A stretch of 64,000 nucleotides of DNA from a virus (taxonomy: Duplodnaviria > Caudoviricetes), in the IMG/VR virus record IMGVR_UViG_3300049792_000048, positions 64,001 to 128,000 of that record; one strand, given 5' to 3'. The notes beneath the pieces are model-generated. The model saw only the letters and a program-made list of their open reading frames with translations, searched no databases and was not told the DNA's origin. The position numbers and the translations under genes were made by a program. Shown here piece by piece: positions 50,296 to 60,400 of this stretch. Each line of letters opens with the position of its first letter. Positions within the stretch are counted from its first letter, which is position 1.

Positions 50296-50302
50296 GGACA
50301 CG

Positions 50303-50620
50303 ATGAAGAAGCTATCCACTTTCGACGGTGCCGTCCTCGCGGCCATGGGCGACGAGCTCGCCCACATCAAGACCGCCATCAACCTGGCTCCCGTGGGCAA
50401 CATGCTCGGGGCGCTCGGCTCGAAGGCGCTCACCGGGGCGACCACACTCGCCGGTCGGGCGTCGCCGGCGATCGGTCAGGCCGTGAGCGGTGGACTCCTT
50501 CGTGCTGGCCAGGCGGTCGGTGGTGGCGCCAACCTCTCGAAGCTCGTGGGCGGTGGTCTTGCCGGTGCCGGAGCTCTCGCAGCGGGCTCGGCCCTCGGCG
50601 GTGGGCAGCGGAGATACTGA
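50303..50620 (+). CDS. Small Gly-rich membrane-type virion protein with MGDELAHIKTA leader
   Basis: GAGGA RBS; leader followed by glycine zippers. Confidence 0.6.
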   Translation: MKKLSTFDGAVLAAMGDELAHIKTAINLAPVGNMLGALGSKALTGATTLAGRASPAIGQAVSGGLLRAGQAVGGGANLSKLVGGGLAGAGALAAGSALGGGQRRY

Positions 50621-50621
50621 G

Positions 50622-51089
50622 ATGACGACCGCGCTCTCTATGCGTGCAATGCACGCGGAGCTCACGAAGCTCGGCACCGAGGGTCACGGGTCTTCACCGC
50701 ACAACTACGAGGAGATGGACACCGCGAAGTGGAAGCAGGTCTTGAAGGACTTGCCTCTCGCCATCCTCGGTACTGCTGGTGGCTACGCCATCGGACGAAC
50801 CGGTGCGGAGTATCTGGCACCTCACATCTTCAACACACCTGCCTCGCAAGAGGGACTCAAGAAGATGTTGCCTGCGGCCGTCGCAGCTACGGGCGGTCTC
50901 GGTACATACCTGCTGTCGATGCAGCGCAACAAGATGAAGGAGCGTCGTGATGCCGCTTCTCGTGAAGCCAGCGGGACCAAGAACGAACAGGAAACTCCCT
51001 CGAAGTTGAGCGGAGCTCCGACCCCGATGATCCAAGCACGTCGCCAGGACCCCTGGCGTGAGGACACCCGCTACAAGATCTTCCGATGA
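50622..51089 (+). CDS. Two-TM virion protein with MHAELTKLG leader
   Basis: GGAG RBS; two Gly-containing hydrophobic helices. Confidence 0.6.
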   Translation: MTTALSMRAMHAELTKLGTEGHGSSPHNYEEMDTAKWKQVLKDLPLAILGTAGGYAIGRTGAEYLAPHIFNTPASQEGLKKMLPAAVAATGGLGTYLLSMQRNKMKERRDAASREASGTKNEQETPSKLSGAPTPMIQARRQDPWREDTRYKIFR

Positions 51090-51925
51090 CGATTCTGGGT
51101 GCACAGACTCCCGAGGGGCAGCCCTCGGAGGAAACCATCGGCCCGCTGGTAGGCATCCAGCGCGTGGTGGTGGAGTTCGTCCGCGGTCTGTTCGCCCAAT
51201 GCCCTCTCGGCGCCTATCACTGGGAGGCGAGCTCGGGAACCTCACAGGACCAGGAGGGCTCAGACATCTGGATTGGCACGGAGAACCCTGTCGATCCTGA
51301 GATGGTGGCGAACCGTCCTGCCATCACCATCGGTCGTGGTCCGGCAGCCTTCCATGGCGTCGGACTTGGTGATCAGGCGTACATCGATGTGAAGACCGGG
51401 GCTCACGTCAAGATGGACATGATCCCCACGACGGTGAACATCAACATCCTGTCTCGGAACAAGTTCGAGGCGGAGTCTCTTGCCTGGTTCGTCGCCGAGA
51501 ACATCTGGAATCTGCGCAACGAGCTCATGCGCGGGAACACTTTCATTCTGTACATGGGGCAGCGGCCATCGCTGTCTCCTCCTACGCCAGCAGGGGCTCT
51601 GATCTCCGGGCCTGATTCAGAAGAGAACTGGATCGCTGTCACCATCAACATGCCCGTCTACCTTCAGCACATGACGGTAGCGGTTCCGTTGAACAAGCCG
51701 GTGCTTCGTGAAGTGGCCACTGTCGTAACAGCGTCAGGACCTCGTCAGAAGCTTCGCCCCCGTCGAGCCCTGGTGGGCACTACGGTGTTGTCGGAAGAGC
51801 CGGTGAAGGTCCCGTCTCGTCCGGTTTCGCCCGTGCTATCGAAAGAAGCACCCGCGACCCTTCCCCAAAATGGCCTGTCCGAGGCACAATCGTCGGAGCC
51901 TCTGACGGTCCGCTTCAAGACCTGA
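51086..51925 (+). CDS. Probable tail completion/terminator protein
   Basis: RPAITIGRG and NILSRN..EAESLA; directly before the sheath. Confidence 0.55.
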   Translation: MTILGAQTPEGQPSEETIGPLVGIQRVVVEFVRGLFAQCPLGAYHWEASSGTSQDQEGSDIWIGTENPVDPEMVANRPAITIGRGPAAFHGVGLGDQAYIDVKTGAHVKMDMIPTTVNINILSRNKFEAESLAWFVAENIWNLRNELMRGNTFILYMGQRPSLSPPTPAGALISGPDSEENWIAVTINMPVYLQHMTVAVPLNKPVLREVATVVTASGPRQKLRPRRALVGTTVLSEEPVKVPSRPVSPVLSKEAPATLPQNGLSEAQSSEPLTVRFKT

Positions 51926-51941
51926 GAAGGAGATTCTCGCG

Positions 51942-54900
51942 ATGACCACTCCGAACATGCTTCCCCGGCCGGGCGTCAAGGTTTTCACCGAGTTCCGGAA
52001 CGTCAACCCCACGATCTTCAAGCCCCAGATGCCCGCCTGCGTGATGGGCGTGGCGAAGGAGGTCGTGCAGGCTGTCCTGGACGACGGTACGCTGAACAGC
52101 CAAGCGCTGCTCGCGCTGCCGGCTCGGATCGAGTTCCCGTACGTCTCGACGCCGTTTCAGTACGCGACGCTTGGAGGCCTCACCCTCCAGCTCAGCGTGA
52201 ACAACGGCCCCACCCAGACCATCACGTTCCCGGGCTCGCCGGCGAACCCGACGGTCGCGGAGGTGAAGGCGTACATCGACTCGCTCGACATCGTCGGGCT
52301 ACTCGTCGACATCGAGACGAGCGGTGCGCAGCAGCGCATCGTTTTGCGTACGGTCGCCACGGGCCCGTTCGCGACGCTTTCGATCATGGGCGGCACCAGC
52401 CTCACCGTGCTGAACCTGCGCGCTGGCGGGTACACGGAGACGGGTCGCGGCGGCTACAACAACTTCTACTCGGTCGACCTCGGCCTGGGGAACTACCCGA
52501 ACCCGCGCAGCAACCTCGACGAGCTCACGCTCGACTACACGACGGTGCGTGTGTTCGCCGCGATCGGCGGAGGCGCTTTCGTCGAGGTCAGCCGCACGAG
52601 CACGTTCATGCGTGGTGCGACGTCCGCGGTCAGCGTCTTCGATGACGGTGATGGCGACAACCTCTCGCCGTACCTCACGTTCGCCGGCCAGAACTTCACC
52701 GATGGCGCTGCGGTCCTCACCGGCACCGTCGATCTGTCGGGTACGTTCGGAGCCCTGAACGGCACGAGCGCGATCTTCTCGAAGGATGGCGCCGGAGCCA
52801 TCACCACGAACTTCTCGGCTGCGGCCAGCGCTGCGGACATCGTCTCGCAGATCAACGCCGCGTTCGGTTCGACCGTCGCATCGCTCGGCACGAGCAACCA
52901 TCTCGTCCTCACGTCCGGCACGACTGGTCCGGGCTCGTCGTTCGAGCGCACGGGTGGCTCCGCGACATCGGGCAACCTCGGTCTCGCCATCGGCGATTAC
53001 GCCGCGGGTCGCCGCAGTCGTGCTCGTACGCAGGGCAGCGTCGATCTCACGGGCCTCACGTACGGCGCTGGTGGCCCGTTCGCGACGCCTGGCCGCTCGC
53101 TCATCATGAGCGTGGATGGCGAGGCCGAGCAGACGCTCATCATCGGTCCCACGATCGCCAACGCTGCGGCTCTCGTGACGGCCATCAACACGAAGTGGCA
53201 GGTGCCCGCAGGCAATGCCATCGCGTCGCTGAACGGCGGCAACAAGCTCGTGCTTCGCTCGCCCAACACTCAGGGTGGTGAGGAGAGCGTCCTCCGTATC
53301 AACTCGCTCTCGACGGCGATCGCCACGCTCGGTATCACTGCGGGTCGCTACGCTGGCAATGCGTACGCCCCGGCTGTGGGCGATGAAGTCTTCGGCAACG
53401 GCATCCGCCTCGGCCTCATCACGGAGGTCGCTCCCGCTGGCGTGGTGACGCGCCTCCGCCTCGACACGGAGTACCTGCTGACCGCGACGTGGGTCAACTT
53501 CTACATCCGTGCGCTCGACCTCACGGGCCCCCAGACTTCGACTCGCCCGAGTGCTGACCTCCAGGTCGACGCGACCTCGGGCGAGATCATCGTCAAGCAC
53601 GAAACCTTCCGTGCTCCTGATGGCACGCCGACGGCCGCGGTCGACCTGGGGGTCTACCTCGGGTACACGGCGCTTCGTCGCGATGTGTCGGCAGCCGGCA
53701 CCAACAGCAACCTCCTCCGCATCGGTGACCTCACCACGCTGGAGTCGAAGCTGTCGCCCATCAGCCCCGAGAACCCCCTGGGCCTCGGTATGTACTTCGC
53801 GATGCTCAGCGCTCCGGGCCTGGAATCGTTCGGCCTGGGCATCGGCGAGGCGACCACCACGGAGCCGTTCGGCACGCTCGGAGCATGGGCGGAGGCCTAC
53901 ACGTTCATCGAGTCGAAGGACGTGTACGCGATCGCGCAGCTCACCCACGACCTCACGGTCTCGGACCTCGCGGATGCTCACGTCACGGCGATGAGCGATC
54001 CCGAGGTCGGTCTCGAACGTGTCGTGTTCAACAACCCGACGCGTCCGGAGCGCACGGCGAACGAACTCATCGGCTCGGGCTCGCTCGGCAACAGCACGGG
54101 TGGCGTCTCGACGTTCGACACGGGTCTGGCGAACCTGCCGGCTCTGCTCGCTGCGGCTGGCCACCCGGCCCCGCCGTACGACATCGACGACCGCATCGTC
54201 CTCAAGCTGGAGGACGACACCAACAACTACCTCATCACTGGGGTGGCCGGCTCGCTCGTCACAGTCAGCACGGGAGCTCTCGCTGCTGGCACCGACGAGG
54301 ACAACGCCGACGGGTTCTACTTCGACGGCAGCTCGCCGGCGTTCGCCAACCCGATCGTCGACCGCCCCTTCTCGATCTTCATCCGTGGCACCGTGCTCGC
54401 GGACCTGACCGAGGAAGCGATCGCATACGCCGCGATCCCGCAGGGCTACAAGAACCGCCGCATGATCTTCGTCACGCCCGACAAGGCGAAGGCGACCATC
54501 GACGGTCTGGAGCAGGAGATCGAGGGCTTCTATGTCTGCGCCGCGCTCGCGGGCAAGACGGCGTCGAAGCTCCCGGCCGACCCGATGACCAACGTCGGCA
54601 TCAAGGGCTTCACCGGCCTCATCGGTGCGAGCGATCGCTACGGTGAGATCCAGTACCGCATCATGGACGGGGGTGGCCTTTGGAACATGTTCCAGGAGAC
54701 CGCGGGCCAATCCATCCAGACCCGCCACCAGCTCACGTCGGACGTCGACACGATCGAGCAGCGCGAGTTCTCGATCCTGACGGCGCTCGACTTCACGGCG
54801 AAGTTCCTCCGCGGCGGTCTGCGGAACTACATCGGCCGGTTCAACATCACGCAGAACCTCCAGAGCTCGATCAGCACGGCGCTGGACGGCCTCGGGAACT

Positions 54901-55043
54901 TCCTCACCGTCCAGAAGGTGCTGGCGTCCTTCAAGGTCGCTCGCCTCGTGCAGAACCCGGATCAGCCGGACTCGCTGCTCCTCGACCTGAACGTGGGGGT
55001 GTTCTATCCCTGCAATGAAATAAAGGTCACACTTATCGTTTGA
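51942..55043 (+). CDS. Tail sheath protein with large insertion domains
   Basis: RPGVKV N-terminus; C-terminal sheath domain (GFYVCAALAG, DPMTN..IKG, RHQLT, E.SI...D, YIGR, V.YPCN.I). Confidence 0.88.
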   Translation: MTTPNMLPRPGVKVFTEFRNVNPTIFKPQMPACVMGVAKEVVQAVLDDGTLNSQALLALPARIEFPYVSTPFQYATLGGLTLQLSVNNGPTQTITFPGSPANPTVAEVKAYIDSLDIVGLLVDIETSGAQQRIVLRTVATGPFATLSIMGGTSLTVLNLRAGGYTETGRGGYNNFYSVDLGLGNYPNPRSNLDELTLDYTTVRVFAAIGGGAFVEVSRTSTFMRGATSAVSVFDDGDGDNLSPYLTFAGQNFTDGAAVLTGTVDLSGTFGALNGTSAIFSKDGAGAITTNFSAAASAADIVSQINAAFGSTVASLGTSNHLVLTSGTTGPGSSFERTGGSATSGNLGLAIGDYAAGRRSRARTQGSVDLTGLTYGAGGPFATPGRSLIMSVDGEAEQTLIIGPTIANAAALVTAINTKWQVPAGNAIASLNGGNKLVLRSPNTQGGEESVLRINSLSTAIATLGITAGRYAGNAYAPAVGDEVFGNGIRLGLITEVAPAGVVTRLRLDTEYLLTATWVNFYIRALDLTGPQTSTRPSADLQVDATSGEIIVKHETFRAPDGTPTAAVDLGVYLGYTALRRDVSAAGTNSNLLRIGDLTTLESKLSPISPENPLGLGMYFAMLSAPGLESFGLGIGEATTTEPFGTLGAWAEAYTFIESKDVYAIAQLTHDLTVSDLADAHVTAMSDPEVGLERVVFNNPTRPERTANELIGSGSLGNSTGGVSTFDTGLANLPALLAAAGHPAPPYDIDDRIVLKLEDDTNNYLITGVAGSLVTVSTGALAAGTDEDNADGFYFDGSSPAFANPIVDRPFSIFIRGTVLADLTEEAIAYAAIPQGYKNRRMIFVTPDKAKATIDGLEQEIEGFYVCAALAGKTASKLPADPMTNVGIKGFTGLIGASDRYGEIQYRIMDGGGLWNMFQETAGQSIQTRHQLTSDVDTIEQREFSILTALDFTAKFLRGGLRNYIGRFNITQNLQSSISTALDGLGNFLTVQKVLASFKVARLVQNPDQPDSLLLDLNVGVFYPCNEIKVTLIV

Positions 55044-55069
55044 CACCGCAACGAAAGCAGTGTCACTCT
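55040..55069 (+). promoter_or_regulatory. sigma70-like leaderless promoter of an HNH gene
   Basis: TTGACA-N18-CACTCT; ATG 7 nt downstream. Confidence 0.5.
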
Positions 55070-55076
55070 CACCGTC

Positions 55077-55727
55077 ATGAGCAACGTCCTCCCCATCGCT
55101 CGTCTCTGCACTGGTCCGTGTGGCCGGGAACTCCCGGCTACGCGTGAGTACTTCTATGCGGTGAAGACGGGGCAGTATGGTCTTGCAGCAGCCTGCAAGG
55201 AGTGCTCGAAGGCCCGCACACTTCAAGACCAACAGCGACGTCGTCAAGAAGACCCCGAAGGTACCAAGGCAAAGAACAACGCGAAGATGGAGCGCCATCG
55301 TCGCAAGAAGGGTGTCGCCCCCAAGCGCTACCTCACGGATGCGGAGAAGGCTGTTGCATCCCGCAAGTACAACGACGCCTACAACGCCCGCCCTGGCGTG
55401 TGGATGAAGTACTTGTTGACGCACGCCAAGATCCGAAATGACGCCCGTCACCCGGACACCACCTTCGATCTCGACATCACGTGGATCACCGAGCAGTTCA
55501 CGGCCCAGGAGGGCAAGTGCTTCTGGCTCAAGGTTCCGTTGCGCACCTCCCGAAACGCGGGTCCGTGGCAGGTCTCTCTTGATCGACTCGACCTCAAAGT
55601 CGGCTACACCAAGACCAACACCGTCCTGACGTCACGCGCAGCCAACCTGGGACGAAACTCCACCTCGCTCGAAGACTTCGAGCTGTTCCTCAATGACCTC
55701 CAAGCTGCCATGATGAGGACCACATGA
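55077..55727 (+). CDS. HNH-like homing endonuclease
   Basis: CTGPC..CKEC; QEGKCFW..SLDRLDLKVGYTKTNTVL..AN. Confidence 0.8.
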   Translation: MSNVLPIARLCTGPCGRELPATREYFYAVKTGQYGLAAACKECSKARTLQDQQRRRQEDPEGTKAKNNAKMERHRRKKGVAPKRYLTDAEKAVASRKYNDAYNARPGVWMKYLLTHAKIRNDARHPDTTFDLDITWITEQFTAQEGKCFWLKVPLRTSRNAGPWQVSLDRLDLKVGYTKTNTVLTSRAANLGRNSTSLEDFELFLNDLQAAMMRTT

Positions 55728-56113
55728 CCGAACGAGACATCTACAACCCGGGTTCGGAGCTCGACCATCGCCTGGAGAAGGTGATGGAGAGCCACCAGCC
55801 CGCAGCCAAGACGAGCTCGACCCCTGCCGTGGAGCAGGAGTCGGGCCTCCAGGCCTTCGTCCAGCGCGCCTCGATCTCCGAGGAGCTGGCGGCCATCGAC
55901 AGCTCGAAGTTCGCCACCGACCTCAACGTCGTGCGGGCAAGCGAGCACATCGATCACATCATCGAGGAGAAGTCGGAACGCTTCGACTCCTTCCTCGACA
56001 CCCTGAAGACGGCCTCCAGCGAGATCACGGTGGTCGACCCCGTGAAGACTGCTCAGGAGCTCATTCGTCAGGGCGTCGATCCCCGTGAAGCCGCAAGGCG
56101 TGCGCTGGCGTGA
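55724..56113 (+). CDS. Small KxA-containing protein
   Basis: KTS, KFA, FDSFLDTLKTA and KTA. Confidence 0.6.
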   Translation: MTERDIYNPGSELDHRLEKVMESHQPAAKTSSTPAVEQESGLQAFVQRASISEELAAIDSSKFATDLNVVRASEHIDHIIEEKSERFDSFLDTLKTASSEITVVDPVKTAQELIRQGVDPREAARRALA

Positions 56114-56169
56114 TGGGCACCGTCGCACACATCTTCGAGAAGGCTTCTGTCCCCGCTATCAGCGTGGAG

Positions 56170-56670
56170 ATGGAAACCCTTACGAAGAAGTGTTCGCGAT
56201 GTCGTGAACTCAAGTCACTGGATGACTTCCCGAAAGAGAAACGAAACCGGACAGGGCATGGCAACTACTGTAAGTCCTGTAAGTCAGTCCTCACAGGCGC
56301 ATACCACAAAGAGCGCCGAGCAACTGACTGGGCCTTCCGGCTTCTGGGCAATGCGCGGACCTCCACCTCTGGTGGTGGAAACAGGAAGTCTCAGATTCGT
56401 ACTCGACCCGAGTGGGCGAAGATGAACCTCACAGTGGAGTACCTTCGGGAGCTCTACAACATGCAGGATGGGAAGTGTGCGTACTTCAACATCTCGTTGC
56501 TGCTCGACGGAGGAATGGGCCTTCGATCGATCACGCTGGATCGGCTAGACTGTGACCGCGGGTACGTGCAGGGCAATGTTGTCCTCGCGAGTCGCGCAGC
56601 AAACCTGGCACGCGGAAACGCCAGCACGGACGACATGCACGTGCTCGTCGAGATGATCAAGAGGAGCTGA
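56170..56670 (+). CDS. HNH-like homing endonuclease (start ATG 56170)
   Basis: CSRC..CKSC; QDGKCAY..TLDRLDCDRGYVQGNVVL..AN; CTATCAG motif at 56156-56162. Confidence 0.8.
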   Translation: METLTKKCSRCRELKSLDDFPKEKRNRTGHGNYCKSCKSVLTGAYHKERRATDWAFRLLGNARTSTSGGGNRKSQIRTRPEWAKMNLTVEYLRELYNMQDGKCAYFNISLLLDGGMGLRSITLDRLDCDRGYVQGNVVLASRAANLARGNASTDDMHVLVEMIKRS

Positions 56671-56672
56671 AC

Positions 56673-57383
56673 ATGGCCTCGTTTGCGAACTGGAACACCT
56701 ACAAAAACTACGTGCAGTCGGGCGGCGTCGGGCCGGGTATGGTGGACGGTCGCTTCGTCACCGGAGCCTACACCGGCCTCTTCGCTGGTCCTCCGCGCCT
56801 CGCATCGATCGGTGGAGCTCTCAGCCTCGGTGCTGCGATCTCCGCGGCCCCCGATGAGGCGTCGCAGATCGTCTATCCGGTCGGCCTCACGCAGTCGATC
56901 AACATCTCGCACAACCGACAGTTCAACCGCATCTTCGAGCTCGGCTCGGAGCGGTCGTACTTCATCTCGGGTCGCACGATGGGTCAGCTCGCCCTGGCTC
57001 GTGTGCTCTACCACGGCCCCTCGATCCTCCGCGTCCTGTACGCGTACTACCAGGACCTCGTGCCGGACGTCGTGGTCCCCGCGGTGTTCCCGAACGTCGG
57101 TGCGGCCTCGATGCCGAACCCCCACGACGTCGTCATCCCGCCGGGCTTCGAGAACTTCTTCATCAACCTCGCCTCCGATCTCTTCAGCCAGCCCATCGGC
57201 CTGCTGATGGTCGTGCAGGACGTCAACCAGGACGCCTACGGGTCCTGCTACTTCGAGTCGTGCGTCCTTCCGAACCACACATGGGCGACGGATGCGCAGG
57301 GCGTCATCATCCAGGAGTCGGTGGCCCTCCAGTTCGAGATGGCGGTTCCGATCGCGATGGAGAGCATCGAGCTCACGACCTGA
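56673..57383 (+). CDS. Probable tail tube protein
   Basis: VGLTQSINIS.NR....IFELGS..YF..G and YFESC....H.W...A.G..I.E; after the sheath; strong codon bias. Confidence 0.7.
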   Translation: MASFANWNTYKNYVQSGGVGPGMVDGRFVTGAYTGLFAGPPRLASIGGALSLGAAISAAPDEASQIVYPVGLTQSINISHNRQFNRIFELGSERSYFISGRTMGQLALARVLYHGPSILRVLYAYYQDLVPDVVVPAVFPNVGAASMPNPHDVVIPPGFENFFINLASDLFSQPIGLLMVVQDVNQDAYGSCYFESCVLPNHTWATDAQGVIIQESVALQFEMAVPIAMESIELTT

Positions 57384-57389
57384 GTTTCT

Positions 57390-57446
57390 CCTTCTGCGGC
57401 ATAATGCCATTCACCCCAAAGGCGTAGTATGCTTCGCCGCAGAAGG
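57390..57446 (+). promoter_or_regulatory. Long hairpin sequestering the fibre gene RBS
   Basis: CCTTCTGCGGC (57390-57400) pairs perfectly with GCCGCAGAAGG (57436-57446), which holds the SD. Confidence 0.55.
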
Positions 57447-57457
57447 ATGTCCGTCTG

Positions 57458-60400
57458 ATGCTCAAGACCCTCTCAGCCACTTCTGCTGAGACGCTGACCC
57501 GTACCCTGAACGGGTTGGTGCAGGGGAGGCGCAATCTTTCGCAGGGCATCGCCGTTGGTCCTACGGCCTCCGGTCTCTACAAGCACCCAGTCGCTGGCCT
57601 CACGCTGAACTTCAGCACACCGGTCGCGACGGTGACTTTCGTAGGTGACCTCGACCTCAAGCAGATCGTGGCGGCCATCAACTCCCAGGTCGGAGCGGTG
57701 GTTGCTCATCTCTATCAGCTCGAACGCAGCGGGACGTTCGTGTTGGCGTTGTGGGATGACGCCACTCCGGTGACGTTGCTGCACACTGGAACCGCCAACT
57801 CGTACTTCGGGTTCTCGACGACTGCGGATGACGCATCGTTGGTGCAGAGCCCCGTGGACTCTGACAACATCAAGAGCATCCGTGCCGACAACACAGGTGG
57901 CTATACCTGTGTCTTCGATGCGCAGGCCACGCCTTTCCTGGATCTCACGAAGGGGGATTTCTCTCGTCCACTTGCCGCATTCGGCCAGGTGGGCGCCTCG
58001 ACGGATGGCTTGATCGCTTTCCTGCGCCTGTTCGACGTCGACGAGCGCCGCATCGAGGACAGAGGCGATGGGTTCGGCCGCTGCCTCCTCATGGAGAAGG
58101 AGAGCACGAACAGGCTTCTTTTCAGTCGCGACATCACCAACGCCGTGGGCTGGGCACTTCCCGGGGCTGCGGCGGTCACTGGAAACGCAGGCACGTCGCC
58201 AGACGGCACTACCTCGGCGGATAGGGTCGTTGCTACCGGGTCCACCTTCTCACCTGGTCAGTCGTTGACTGGCCTCCTGGCGAACCCGCACACGCTCAGT
58301 GCGTACGGCCGGGCATTCTCAGGGACTACCGATTGGGAAACGAACTACGGGCCGTTCCCCTACACGGCATGGTCGGGCGTCATCACGACGATATGGGTCC
58401 GAAAGCGCGAGACCAAGGCAACGACGGGCGGAAATCTATACGCGGAAGATGGCACCCTAGCGGGAGGGCCGCCCCTGGCGACAGCGGGCGACGTCCTGGT
58501 CGATTTGTGGCAAGCAGAGGATGGCCCCTACGCCACATCTCCCATTCCCACGAATGGCGCGCCCGCTACACGCCCTCCTGATCGCTTCTCTCACGCGGAC
58601 GGCACGTACCCGCCTGGCTTCCTGACCGTTGGCTTCGATAGCCCACTCGTGTTTGGTGCATCGAGCGCGGAGCTGGATGAGAGCGGTGAGACGTGGGTCA
58701 TTGCTGGCAGCGCTTCGGGTGACACGCTCCATGTAATCGGTGTTGGAGGTGGTGCCTGCCAGTTCGTGCTCCGCACGGGCGGTGTAGACGAAGTGGTTGC
58801 TGGGCCATGCACGTGGTCGGCAGCGCAAGCGATCACCGTCATGACGCGCATCGGTGCAGGCGAGATCGAAATCTTGGGGGCCACGACCGGGAACGGCACG
58901 TACACCGGAGGCACAGGCACCGCATGGGCGTCTGGTAATCGCTTCTACGTCGGCGGCGACAGTGCCGGTGCGAACAACGTGGGTGAGCTCCGCTTCATCG
59001 GCGTGAAGATTGTGCAGACCGCAGCAACACCACTCCCCGCCAACAGCGTCGCACCCATCCTCTCTGGTGTCGTGAAGACGGGCAACTCGCTCACCATCAC
59101 ACCCGGTACGTGGACACGTACGCCACGCCTCACGTACGAGCTGCTAATGGGCTCGTCGACGCGGGTCGGGCCTGGAGCGACTCAGGCAGAGGTCGAGGCG
59201 TACGTTCTCGTCGTCGGCGATTCGTACCTGCCGTTCACCCTCATCGAGACGGCAGTCGTGGGCGCGACCTCGGTCACGTCGAATGCGCTCGGCTACCTCT
59301 ACGCAACGCCTACCGGAGTCACGCTCAAGGGCCAGTACGATGGCTCGCACTTCCACCTCACGCTCGCGGGTCGCATCGACAAGTGGCTTGATCAGGGCGG
59401 GCTCGGCAACGAGCTAGAACAGACGGATCCCGGCAACATGCCTGTGCCTGCTCCCGGTGCTGGACCGAACGGGCTGGACGCAATCGACTTCTCGACTTTC
59501 GCGGGTGCAGCGACGTTCGTGCTCAAGGCCAGCCTCGGGCTCGGTCCGCAAGTCACCGTGTTCACGCTCGTACAGACGCCAGGTCCGAATCGCTACGTGC
59601 ACGATGGCAACGTCGTGGACAGCCGAGTTCTGTTCTACTTGGCGGCTGGAAACGCGTACAACATCTACAACGGGCACGTCGTCCTGCCGATTCTGGAAAC
59701 GACAGGCGATTGGGTGGTAGACGCCGCGGTGTTCGACGGTGCTACGTCGAAGCATGCGCTGGATGCTGGACCCATCGGCACCGCCGACGCTGGTGGCAAC
59801 AACGATGCAGGCTTCTCGTACGGACGTGGCGACGGTGGGGCGAGCAACTGCCTCAACTCTCTTGCGTCGATCGCCGTTGTCTACGTTGGGGCCATGAGCG
59901 ACGCCGATCAGATCGACGTTCGCTACTACATGATGGGCCTTGGTCTTCTCCTTGGGGCCGAGCCGCCTCCTGTTGCTGGCTTCACTGTGTGGGCTCCTCC
60001 CGAGGGGATCTCGACCTCTGGCGGTAGCGTCGACAGCATCACGAACTTCGGCACTTCCAAGACTCCGTTCACTGCCACAGGCTCTGCTCGTCCTGGGACG
60101 ACAGTGATCGATGGCAAGACGGTCCCGTTGTATGACGGTGTGGACGATGTGATGGTTGGTCCGCCGACCAGCACGACGATTCAGGCGAACGCGTGGACCA
60201 TGGCGGTTGTGTTCCGGCCAGATGCACTCGGAACCGCCTACGGCTCTTACGAGAACGCGGTGCAGGTCATCTGTGATGACTCCGGTTACTGGGGTCCGTC
60301 GGCGGTAACGACCGACGGTGTTGCATCCGGCTTCTACGCAGGCGCCGACAAGCAGACCGATCCGGCTCCAGTCTCCGCAGGTGATGTCTACATCATGTTC

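Noticed and set aside
51858-51870. CCCTTCCCCAAAA also on the - strand at 2073-2085, upstream of the sheath and helicase respectively
   Set aside because: Low-complexity 13-mer with only two copies before unrelated genes; insufficient support.
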